From Candidatus Aminicenantes bacterium (GTDB lineage Bacteria; Acidobacteriota; Aminicenantia; Aminicenantales; Saccharicenantaceae), in assembly GCA_963725825.1 (NCBI GenBank), contig CAVSAI010000023.1:5296-69295 (forward strand): DNA of 64,000 nt, written 5' to 3'. How positions within the stretch are numbered: the first letter of the stretch is position 1; the number at the start of each line of letters is the position of its first letter. Shown one piece after another: positions 56,905 to 64,000 of this stretch. The position numbers were made by a program, and so were the translations under genes. Under the pieces are notes generated by a model that did not search any database, was not told the origin of the DNA, and saw only the letters and a list, made by a program, of their open reading frames with translations.

Positions 56905-57110
56905 CTACGTGCGAAGCAGCGTCTTGATCGCGTGGCGCTCGTCCATCGCTCGATAGCCCTCGGCTGGTTGCTCGAGCGGCAGCTCGAGATCGAAGACCTT
57001 GCCGGGATTGCTGGTCCCGGTCTGCACCAGCTGAATGAGTGTCGGAAGGTATCGGCGCACCGGCGCTGGACCATCATGCGGATGCGGTGCGTGTAGAACA
57101 GCTTCGCGCC
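56905..57110 (-). pseudogene. C-terminal relic of a Zn-dependent alcohol/formaldehyde dehydrogenase
   Basis: ..VRRYLPTLIQLVQTGTSNPGKVFDLELPLEQPAEGYRAMDERHAIKTLLRT*. The preceding ..LFYTHRIRM is in another frame. There is no N-terminal part. Confidence 0.45.
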
Positions 57111-57157
57111 ACGACCTTTATCCTCCCGCCGTATCGGGGGTCTACGACCGGCTACGC

Positions 57158-57529
57158 TCATTTTACTCCGGAGTCTCCCGTTCCTTTTGTGGCCTGATCA
57201 TGATGATCCGGTCTCTTCAGAGGAACCGACCGATTCAGAGCCGGCCGGGCGGTATAAAGATTTCCCGGCCGTTCTTCACGGCCGTTCTTCAGCTCTTCCC
57301 TGATGATGCGGCGGAGGAACGTCCCAAGGTCCTCCCCGCCTCGCTGGACGTATTCCCTGAGTGCGCTATTGATCATCGTTTGATAACTGCCGCCGCCCTT
57401 GGCGTCAACTTGGTCACGAAACCAATCAAGGATCTCATTATCCAACCTTATCGTGATCCTGGTTTTCCCGGGAGGCGCAGGGAACAGGGCGCCTCTCTTG
57501 CCTTTGCTGAAGTCATAGAATTTTTTCAT
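57158..57529 (-). CDS. brnA: BrnA-family antitoxin (RHH)
   Basis: MKKFYDFSKGKRG...KTRITIRLDNEILDWFRDQV..GGGSYQTMINSALREYV is the BrnA signature. Confidence 0.75.
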   Translation of the reverse strand: MKKFYDFSKGKRGALFPAPPGKTRITIRLDNEILDWFRDQVDAKGGGSYQTMINSALREYVQRGGEDLGTFLRRIIREELKNGREERPGNLYTARPALNRSVPLKRPDHHDQATKGTGDSGVK

Positions 57530-57531
57530 GG

Positions 57532-57627
57532 TCATTCCCAATAGCGTTGACTCTCAATGCGGCCGGCCTTTCGAGCCGAGATGATCCTGACCTTGTTCGC
57601 TTTTTTCGCGTCCCATGTCAGCTTCAT
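57532..57627 (-). pseudogene. brnT: BrnT toxin gene with in-frame internal deletion (31 codons remain)
   Basis: MKLTWDAKKAN|KVRIISARKAGRIESQRYWE* keeps only the N- and C-terminal BrnT signatures. The stop is 2 nt before the brnA ATG. Confidence 0.55.
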
Positions 57628-57632
57628 CGTCA

Positions 57633-57660
57633 TTGTATGCACACTTGTGCATCCTATCAA
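57633..57660 (-). promoter_or_regulatory. brnTA promoter TTGATA-N17-TACAAT with palindromic operator ATGCACAAGTGTGCAT
   Basis: -10 is the complement of 57633-57638 and -35 is the complement of 57655-57660. A 16-nt palindrome lies at 57637-57652. The ATG is 4 nt after the -10 (leaderless). Confidence 0.5.
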
Positions 57661-57760
57661 GCGGATTCTTTCACCTCTTGACCGCGAAAAACTTCGGCCC
57701 CGGCTCCTCATTCCGAAGAGAGACGGACCTGTTTAGAGAGACGCGGGGGAGAGATATTAG

Positions 57761-57920
57761 GATAGGAAATTCCTTTTTTCGCCCGGCTCGAAAATGCCGG
57801 CTTCGCGCTCAAAATCACCCCGTCCCCTCACAAAATAAGGATATCCCGGTCCCGGACAGGTGTCAAGAACACCAAATTCATCGGTACGGAGCGCTGGCGG
57901 GCGGAATGTCGGGCCGGACA
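57761..57920 (-). mobile_element. Repeat R4: older diverged terminus copy, cut off by R2
   Basis: The minus strand ends in ..AAAAAAGGAATTTCCTATCC. The interior aligns with R3 (CCCCTCACAAAATAAGGATATCCCGG against CCCTTCACAGAAAGAGGATATCCCGG). Its inner part stops exactly where R2 begins. Confidence 0.5.
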
Positions 57921-58187
57921 GATTGATAGGAAATTCCTTTTCGCGCTCGACGAGAAATCTCGGGTCAGGGACTTCCGATTAACCTTTCCCATCTCGACAA
58001 GGAGGGTATCACCGCCCCGAGCCGATATCAATTTCTTGCGATTGAGCCGATCCGGCTGCCAGCGGGCGGATGAGCGGGGGGTCATCCTGAAACGGGGCCA
58101 ATTAGGGCCAGACCATCTCCCTCTCCCGAGGTGCCTCTATTCATATTCCCCGCACTCCTCGGCCGAGGCGTCTGCCATCAGGACGAC
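57921..58187 (-). mobile_element. Repeat R2: near-identical copy of the R1 terminus with only ~17 transposase-tail codons
   Basis: One mismatch was noticed against R1 over the ~216-bp non-coding part. The tail reads ..VVVLMADASAEECGEYE*. Confidence 0.6.
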
Positions 58188-58222
58188 TACGCAAGGGTCG
58201 CGCACGCACCTGGCGAAAGGCC

Positions 58223-58852
58223 TTAATCTCCCAAGGCGATCTTCAATCGCCTCAGCGGGCTCCAAAACTTGATCTTCGCGGGATCGAAACGGTCCGGCCT
58301 CCAGCGGCCCAGCCAGTCCAGCATGCCTTCGGAGTTGTCCCGATTCTTCAGGGCCTCGATGCAATCATAATAACCCGGAATCCCGCCACAATCCTCAGGC
58401 GGTCCGGCCAGCTCGCCGGCCAGGCAGGCCGGATACTTCTTTCCCGGCTCCTTGGGATAGGTCCCCTCGAACAGGACTTCATGCCGCCAGTCGTCGCCGT
58501 AATCGTAGGTATAAAGCGCCCGGTCCCCCGGCTCTTGAATGAAATCCGCCACCGCGGCTTCGGTCGTGAGGAGATGGGCCGCCTCTTCGAGGTCGTCGAG
58601 CGCGAACGGGGATTCTATCCGAATGTCCAGGCAAGCCCGACGCAGAGGCTGGATCTTGAAATCGTGCAAGTGAGAGTCCAGCCAGCCCATCGCGTCCTGG
58701 AGCGCGACATGCAGGTCGTAAAACGTATAATAGTCCGGTACCTGGATCATCCTCCAAACCGGAGGATCGGTCTCGAGAAGGGTGATCTTGAACTGCAGGA
58801 CGAACTGATAAGGTCTTCTCCGAGGCCAAGTGATGGTGATCTCTCTGACCAT
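58223..58852 (-). CDS. pRiA4b ORF-3-like (PF07929-type) protein
   Basis: YQFVLQFKITLLETDPPVWRMIQVP and GDDWRHEV motifs. ATG at 58852, with an alternative TTG at 58861. Confidence 0.75.
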   Translation of the reverse strand: MVREITITWPRRRPYQFVLQFKITLLETDPPVWRMIQVPDYYTFYDLHVALQDAMGWLDSHLHDFKIQPLRRACLDIRIESPFALDDLEEAAHLLTTEAAVADFIQEPGDRALYTYDYGDDWRHEVLFEGTYPKEPGKKYPACLAGELAGPPEDCGGIPGYYDCIEALKNRDNSEGMLDWLGRWRPDRFDPAKIKFWSPLRRLKIALGD

Positions 58853-58870
58853 AGCGGCCAACCTGAGCCG

Positions 58871-58899
58871 ATTCTAGTCAAAGGGCCTTTGGCTGGCAA
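58871..58899 (-). promoter_or_regulatory. Promoter TTGCCA-N17-TAGAAT
   Basis: -10 is the complement of 58871-58876 and -35 is the complement of 58894-58899. It shares the 16-mer CTAGAATCGGCTCAGG with the promoter at 49610. Confidence 0.45.
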
Positions 58900-59020
58900 G
58901 CATCGTTTTCATGCTCGGCACAGATCGCGGGCGTTCATTTCCTTGACAGAATGAGCGCGTGTGGAATAGTGTTTCGTTCGCCGCGGCCGCTTTGGCCGCC
59001 ACAAGGAGAGCACAGGTCCG

Positions 59021-60319
59021 ATGAAGAAATTCCTGAAGAAGGCCCGTTGGATCCTGATCCCGGCCGCCCTGGCCACGATCGTCACCCTCTGGGTTGTCAA
59101 ATTCGAAACCCAAAAACCCGAAATCCGTACGGACGGCGACAGCCCGTTCCTGGGCCGCGAGCTCACGTTTCGGGCCAGCGACCGGAAAAGCGGTCTGGCC
59201 GAAGTCCGCGTGGAAGCCATGCAGGCCGGTCGGACCATCGAGGTCTTTGCCGAAAGATTCCCCGCGGCGCTGCCAACTTACGTCAAAACGCTGACCCTGC
59301 GGCCGCTTCCCGCCGGACTGGCCGACGGCGAGATCCTCCTTCGGATCTCGGCCAAGGACCGCTCCTGGAACGGCGGGAACACCGCCGTCGTGGAAAAAAA
59401 GATGATCCTCGACACCCGCCCACCCCGGATGAACATCGTCGGCGGGCCGCACTATATCAACACGGGAGGCGCAGGCGTCGTCTCCTGCACAGTGGACGAA
59501 GAAACCCCGGTCGTCGGGATCCAGGTCGGGGAGCGCTTTTTCCCTGGATTTCCGACCGGAGGAAACCGGTTCCTGGTCTTTTTCGCGCTTTCTCCGGACG
59601 CGTCCCGCGACGTTCGTTTCTCCGGCGTGGCCGAGGATCCGTCCGGCAACCGGACGAGTATCGTTTTCCGGCCGGTGATCAAGACGGTCGCCTTCAAGCA
59701 GGACACCCTGAACCTGTCCGACAAGTTCCTCGGAGATGTCGTCTCCTATTTTAAGAACATCGACCCGGGGCTCCGGGGAACGGACCTGGAAGCCTTCCTG
59801 ACAGTCAACCGGACGCAGCGGGAGAAGGATTATGATCGGTTGGCGATCCTCTGCCAAAAAACAGAATCCCGGATGCTCTGGTCCGGGGCATTTCTCCGGC
59901 TCCCGAACTCAAAGCCCATGGCCTCGTTCGGGGATCGGCGGACCTATACGTACAACCGCAAGGTCGTCGACCAACAGGTCCATCTCGGCGTGGACCTGGC
60001 CTCCACGGCCCAGTGTCTCATCCCCGCGGCCAACTCCGGCCGGGTGGTGTTCGCCGGCCCGCTGGGTATCCACGGCCTGGCGGTCGTCCTGGATCACGGC
60101 CTGGGATTGTTCAGCATGTATTGCCATTTGAGCCAGATCGACGTCGCGTTGTCCCAGGGCGTGACGCGCGGCGAAACCCTCGGGCTTTCGGGATCCACGG
60201 GCCTGGCCGGCGGTGATCATCTCCATTTCGCCATGCTCGTTCACGGGGTATTCGTCAATCCCGTGGAATGGTGGGACGCCCACTGGATCCGCGACAACGT
60301 CGAGCTCAAGACACGGTGA
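59021..60319 (+). CDS. M23 (LytM-type) metallopeptidase, membrane-anchored
   Basis: N-terminal TM segment. HLGVD (HxxxD) and GDHLHF (HxH) motifs in the C-terminal domain. Confidence 0.85.
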   Translation: MKKFLKKARWILIPAALATIVTLWVVKFETQKPEIRTDGDSPFLGRELTFRASDRKSGLAEVRVEAMQAGRTIEVFAERFPAALPTYVKTLTLRPLPAGLADGEILLRISAKDRSWNGGNTAVVEKKMILDTRPPRMNIVGGPHYINTGGAGVVSCTVDEETPVVGIQVGERFFPGFPTGGNRFLVFFALSPDASRDVRFSGVAEDPSGNRTSIVFRPVIKTVAFKQDTLNLSDKFLGDVVSYFKNIDPGLRGTDLEAFLTVNRTQREKDYDRLAILCQKTESRMLWSGAFLRLPNSKPMASFGDRRTYTYNRKVVDQQVHLGVDLASTAQCLIPAANSGRVVFAGPLGIHGLAVVLDHGLGLFSMYCHLSQIDVALSQGVTRGETLGLSGSTGLAGGDHLHFAMLVHGVFVNPVEWWDAHWIRDNVELKTR

Positions 60320-60338
60320 AGAACCCTCGTGAATGGAG

Positions 60339-60689
60339 CTATCCATCGGTCCCAGTTGCCCGACCGCGCGCCTTCCGCCGATAGCGTCCGCGCGTTTCCG
60401 AGATCCGCCTCAGGCGCTTGTCGCTGTCCTTGCGATTCATGACGGCCAGGATGACGACCTCGCCGCCGCAGATCCGGTAGTACGCCCGGAAATCGCCGCT
60501 CCGCATCCTGTAGAGCGGCGGCTCGAATCCGGTGAGCTTCTTGATCCGCGATTTCCCGATCGGGACCGGACGCGTTTCGAGATAGGCCTGGATATCTTTG
60601 ACCAAGGTGACGGCGACGGCCGCGTCGAGGCCTTCGACGTCCCGGACAGCCGCCGGGCTGAAAACGACCTTAAGCCGCGTTTCGCGCAT
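60339..60689 (-). CDS. RelE/ParE-family toxin
   Basis: ATG at 60689 inside ORF 60339..60737. IKKLTGFEPPLYRMRSGDFRAYYRICGGEVVILAVMNRKD is the RelE/ParE core. It overlaps the antitoxin 3' end by 20 nt. Confidence 0.75.
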   Translation of the reverse strand: MRETRLKVVFSPAAVRDVEGLDAAVAVTLVKDIQAYLETRPVPIGKSRIKKLTGFEPPLYRMRSGDFRAYYRICGGEVVILAVMNRKDSDKRLRRISETRGRYRRKARGRATGTDG

Positions 60690-60945
60690 GGCGCTTTTCG
60701 AGCTTCTTGACGAGCAAGCTCGCCTCGATGCCGCCAAGGCTCAAGTACTCCGCATAGGCCTCCTCGATCTTCGCCTTGAACTCCGGATCGTTCTCGATGA
60801 GATAATCCGCGAGGTCCTCATCGGTGACGTGATGGAGGATCGCTGCCGGCTTGCCGTAAGCCGTGATGATGATATCGCTCTTCTCGGATTCCTTGAGAAG
60901 CTCCATCGTCTTCTGCTTGAGCTCCTTGACACCGGCATATCGCAT
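60670..60945 (-). CDS. Phd/YefM-family antitoxin
   Basis: VKELKQKTMELLKESEKSDIIITAYGKPAAIL is the Phd/YefM N-domain. GGGAGG SD. Confidence 0.75.
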   Translation of the reverse strand: MRYAGVKELKQKTMELLKESEKSDIIITAYGKPAAILHHVTDEDLADYLIENDPEFKAKIEEAYAEYLSLGGIEASLLVKKLEKRHARNAA

Positions 60946-60964
60946 CGGCCGCCTCCCATTTTAT

Positions 60965-60982
60965 GTTACACTATAGTATAAC
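60965..60982. promoter_or_regulatory. 18-nt palindrome GTTACACTATAGTATAAC (putative antitoxin operator)
   Basis: Near-perfect inverted repeat 20 nt upstream of the antitoxin ATG, adjacent to a TAAAAT -10-like hexamer. Confidence 0.45.
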
Positions 60983-61029
60983 TTCTCCGGATGCCCGAGT
61001 CAATCGGGCCGCAGGCGACGAGACGCGGC

Positions 61030-61058
61030 TTGACACCGGAGCCCGCCCGCACTAATTT
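61030..61058 (+). promoter_or_regulatory. sigma70-like promoter TTGACA-N17-TAATTT
   Basis: Hexamers at 61030-61035 and 61053-61058, 20 nt upstream of the ATG at 61078. Confidence 0.45.
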
Positions 61059-61077
61059 TGGGACCGTCGTCTGGCGT

Positions 61078-61797
61078 ATGATCATGGCGATCCTGAAAAT
61101 GGCGGCGGCGGTTCTCTTGCCGGCCGTATTCTGGATCGGCTATTTTCACTACAAGGACCGCCTTCGTCCGGAGCCGGCGTTCAACCTCTTGCTCTCCTAC
61201 CTATTGGGCTTCGCGTCGGGGCTGGCCTGCTTCGCGCTCTACGCCGGACTGGCCAAGGCGGGGATCGGCGTGGACTTCCAGGCCCTGTTGGTCCGGACGA
61301 CACCGATGCAGTTCTTCTCTTACTCGGTCGTCTTTATCGGCCTCATCGAAGAGCTCTTCAAGTTCCTCCCGTTCATCCTGGCCGTTAGCCGATTCAAGGC
61401 GTTTGATGAGCCGATCGACGGGATCGTCTATGCCGCGGCCCTGGCGGTCGGCTTCGCCAGCTTCGAGAACCTGGGCTATCTCCGGCACCTCGGGGGACTG
61501 GCTTTTTGGGGCCGGGCCGTCGCCTCTCCGCTCACACACACGGTATTCTCCTCCATTTGGGGATACGCCGTGGCCCGGGCCGTGCTCCTCAAAGGATCGG
61601 TCGTCTTCGCTTCGGTCGCGGGCATCGCGCTGGCCGGTCTGGCCCACGGGCTCTTCGATTATCTGACCTATTCCCCGAGCCTGAGGATCCTATCGGCGGT
61701 CCTCATCCTCGTCATTTGGGCTTGGGGAATCGTCAAACTGGAGAGGAAGCCGGGAGCGGCCGGGACGGCCACCTCGTCGCCTCGGATCCGGCAATAG
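61078..61797 (+). CDS. PrsW-family intramembrane metalloprotease
   Basis: IEELFKFLP (EExxK), FASFEN and HTVFSSIWGY motifs with multiple TM helices. ATG at 61078 inside ORF 60991..61797. Confidence 0.8.
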   Translation: MIMAILKMAAAVLLPAVFWIGYFHYKDRLRPEPAFNLLLSYLLGFASGLACFALYAGLAKAGIGVDFQALLVRTTPMQFFSYSVVFIGLIEELFKFLPFILAVSRFKAFDEPIDGIVYAAALAVGFASFENLGYLRHLGGLAFWGRAVASPLTHTVFSSIWGYAVARAVLLKGSVVFASVAGIALAGLAHGLFDYLTYSPSLRILSAVLILVIWAWGIVKLERKPGAAGTATSSPRIRQ

Positions 61798-61895
61798 GAT
61801 CGGAAGTCGCCGCTGCGCCCTGTCCTTGACTTCGCCGCCGGCTATCGGCTAGCATTCCCGACATCTTCAATCCCCGCCGCAGGAGGCTCGAAACC

Positions 61896-62462
61896 ATGGA
61901 CATCAAGGACGCCATATACACCCGTCGCTCCATCCGGGCTTATGAGAACAGGTCCGTCGACCGCGGCTTGATCCAGCAATTGCTCGAGGCCGCCGTGCAG
62001 GCGCCGTGCGGCATGGGCATCGAGCCCTGGAAGTTCGCCGTCATCCAGGACCGCGAGATCCTGGCCGACCTTTCCAGCCGGACGAAAGCTCACACTCTCG
62101 GAATGATCGACCAGATCCCGCCGCTCGCACAATACCGCGCGACGTTTGAAGACCCCAACTTCAATGTCCTCTACGGCGCGCCGGTGCTGGTCCTCATCTG
62201 CCGTTCAACGCAGAATCCGGGTCCGACGGCCGATATCGATTGCACTCTGTCCGCCGAAAACCTGATGCTCGCCGCCCGCAGCCTCGGTCTGGGCACATGC
62301 TGGATGGGCTTCGTGGGGACATACCTCGAGACGGATGAAGGAAAGAAACGCTTCGGCATCCCGGAAGACCACCGGGTCGTGGCACCGATCGCCGCCGGCT
62401 ATCCGGCCGTCGAGTTCACGGCCAAGGAAAGGAACCCCCCGGTGATGCTCTTTTGGAAATAG
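61896..62462 (+). CDS. Nitroreductase-family protein
   Basis: [10 protein letters not shown] start, [13 protein letters not shown], and C-terminal GLGTCWMG. Confidence 0.85.
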   Translation: MDIKDAIYTRRSIRAYENRSVDRGLIQQLLEAAVQAPCGMGIEPWKFAVIQDREILADLSSRTKAHTLGMIDQIPPLAQYRATFEDPNFNVLYGAPVLVLICRSTQNPGPTADIDCTLSAENLMLAARSLGLGTCWMGFVGTYLETDEGKKRFGIPEDHRVVAPIAAGYPAVEFTAKERNPPVMLFWK

Positions 62463-62525
62463 CCGGCTGTTCGGCTACGTTGGCCGCCCTGCTATAATAT
62501 CGATACCCGTCCTAGAGGGGATATC

Positions 62526-63314
62526 ATGGCCGAGTTTGTCGGGAAGATCCGCGGACTGTACAGAAGCTTCAAGGACAAGAATGTCGTCACGCTGGCGGCG
62601 TCGGTCTCCTTTTTCGGCTTTCTGTCGCTTTTCCCCTTTCTCGTCCTTCTGACCTCGGTCGCCTCTTTCTTCATGCAAAAGAAGCTGGCCGTCGTCCGGA
62701 TCGAGGAGCTGCTCAGTTCGTTTCCTCCGGCCGTGGCCGACACCGTGCTTCAGACCCTCCGCAAGGCCGTCGCCTCGGGCAAGGCGGCCTCGGCCGTCAG
62801 CTTCGTGCTGCTCGTCTTTTCGTCCCTCGCGGCCTTCGGCCAGCTCCGGCTCGCCCTGAACAGGGTCATGGGCATGCCGAGGAAGCTCGAGGGCCGGAAG
62901 GCCACGCTTAAGACCTTCGGCTTCTGCGCGGCGACAGCTCTCGTAGCCCTTCTCCTGATGCTCGGCGGCGGGATGTTCTTCGTCCTGGCGGCCAAACTGG
63001 CGCGGGTGTCGTTCGTCAGCCGGTTCTGGACGATCGAGGCGGGCCTCATTGTCGTCCAGGTTCTCATTTTCGCAGTCTCTTACCGCTACCTGGCAGCCAA
63101 GCTCCTCCCCTGGAAGAACGTCCTCATCGGAGGGGCGGCCACGGCGCTATTGTGGGAGGTCCTGAAATACCTTTTCGGCCTGTACGTCGGCTCGATCGGC
63201 GGCTTCACCATGCTCTTCGGGTTCGTCAGCTCGCTGTTCTTCCTGATGCTCTGGCTGTTCTATTCCGTGCTCATCTATTTCTGGGGGGCGCACATCAGCG
63301 TGGAACTCGGATGA
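62526..63314 (+). CDS. YihY/BrkB-family membrane protein
   Basis: LAASVSFFGFLSLFPFLVLL and the C-terminal LFFLMLWLFYSVLIYFWGA are typical of YihY. Confidence 0.8.
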   Translation: MAEFVGKIRGLYRSFKDKNVVTLAASVSFFGFLSLFPFLVLLTSVASFFMQKKLAVVRIEELLSSFPPAVADTVLQTLRKAVASGKAASAVSFVLLVFSSLAAFGQLRLALNRVMGMPRKLEGRKATLKTFGFCAATALVALLLMLGGGMFFVLAAKLARVSFVSRFWTIEAGLIVVQVLIFAVSYRYLAAKLLPWKNVLIGGAATALLWEVLKYLFGLYVGSIGGFTMLFGFVSSLFFLMLWLFYSVLIYFWGAHISVELG

Positions 63315-63353
63315 CCGCCGTATTCATTATTGTAATCAGCCGCTTATAAAGAG

Positions 63354-63386
63354 AAAACCGGCCAATCCGGCGGGGCGGCCGGTTTT
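63354..63386 (+). terminator. Hairpin terminator after the YihY gene
   Basis: AAAACCGGCC-13 nt-GGCCGGTTTT: a 10-bp stem followed by a T-run. Confidence 0.55.
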
Positions 63387-63387
63387 G

Positions 63388-63396
63388 TGGTATAAT
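63388..63396 (+). promoter_or_regulatory. Extended -10 promoter TGgTATAAT for the RRM gene
   Basis: TG at 63388-63389 and TATAAT at 63391-63396. This implies a ~160-nt 5' leader before the ATG at 63564. Confidence 0.4.
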
Positions 63397-63563
63397 GACG
63401 CTGTTCATAGGCAAAGGGAAACCTCAGCTATCAACACCTGAATGACTAAAGGAAGGGGCCAGAGGCCCTGATCGGTTTCATACTCCTCTCCTTTATGGCG
63501 TTCAAACATCTTTAAGAACGGGAAGGCTCGGGAGAGTCTTTCCATCGTCGAAAGGAGACGAGA

Positions 63564-63851
63564 ATGAATATCTACGTGGGCAACCTACCCAACTCCGTCA
63601 ACGAGGGCGACCTGAGAGAAGTTTTCCAGGCGTTCGGCGAAGTGTCGACGGCCGCCGTCATCAAGGACAAGTTCAGCGGCGAATCCCGCGGGTTCGGCTT
63701 CGTCGAGATGCCGAAAAAGGAAGAGGCCGAAAAGGCCATTTCCATGACCAACGGCAGGGACCTGAAGGGCCGGACGGCCAAGGTCAACGAAGCCAAACCG
63801 CGCACGGCCTCCTCGGGGTCCGGCGGTTTCGGCGCCAACCGGCAGTACTAA
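63564..63851 (+). CDS. RRM-type RNA-binding protein
   Basis: RNP2 is IYVGNL and RNP1 is RGFGFVEM. AAAGGAGA SD. 95 aa with a Gly/Ser tail. Confidence 0.9.
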   Translation: MNIYVGNLPNSVNEGDLREVFQAFGEVSTAAVIKDKFSGESRGFGFVEMPKKEEAEKAISMTNGRDLKGRTAKVNEAKPRTASSGSGGFGANRQY

Positions 63852-63891
63852 GACCTCCGGACAGCCGGGGTCCGTCAGCACGGTTCCCCAA

Positions 63892-63930
63892 GGGGAGCGG
63901 CCGATACCGGCCGCTCCCTTTTTTTTTGTT
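63892..63930 (+). terminator. Rho-independent terminator
   Basis: GGGGAGCGGCC-gatac-CGGCCGCTCCC followed by T10. Confidence 0.75.
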
Positions 63931-64000
63931 CATCTCCATCCGGGAAATCCATCTCGAGGCGGCGATGGATGTCGCCATGAAGTCCCCGTGAGGGAAGGGG

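Noticed and set aside
63784-63978. 64-aa minus-strand ORF overlapping the rbp terminator
   Set aside because: It overlaps the 3' end of the rbp gene and its terminator hairpin, and has no SD or motif.

Overview
High-GC (mid-60s % by eye) bacterial chromosomal fragment with sigma70-type promoters (TTGACA / TAnAAT) and Shine-Dalgarno sites. No rRNA, tRNA or CRISPR array was seen. Taxon is not determinable from sequence alone. Positions 1-41.2 kb are ordinary, tightly packed housekeeping, envelope and carbohydrate genes: a VIT/vWA protein, a giant sensor kinase, a CoA-transferase/NIF3 operon, a FabH-like KAS III, thiD, lysA, a GH29 fucosidase-mutarotase-SSF transporter operon, a tricorn-like protease, an ECF sigma/anti-sigma/HEAT-repeat operon, a DUF4091 protein, a CDF transporter and an S9 peptidase. 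Positions 41.6-46.7 kb hold an SOS-type mutagenesis cassette, lexA-dinB-dnaE2. The most unusual signal is in the first ~600 nt of dnaE2. Homology moves through all three reading frames, each time by the same shift and each time at an in-frame GGG-GGA. Two of the three breaks are short GGGGAC...GTCCCC palindromic inserts that have relatives elsewhere in the window. Positions 46.7-58.9 kb are a lower-GC mosaic accessory region. It carries at least six copies of a repeat that looks like the 3' end of an IS91-family transposase gene plus its downstream terminus. It also carries several truncated or chimeric genes, nucleotidyltransferase modules, an internally deleted brnT, and duplicated promoter and terminator modules. 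Positions 59-64 kb return to core-like genes: an M23 peptidase, a relE/phd pair, PrsW, a nitroreductase, YihY and an RRM RNA-binding protein. All functional calls come from motif recognition in the translated ORFs. No database search was run.
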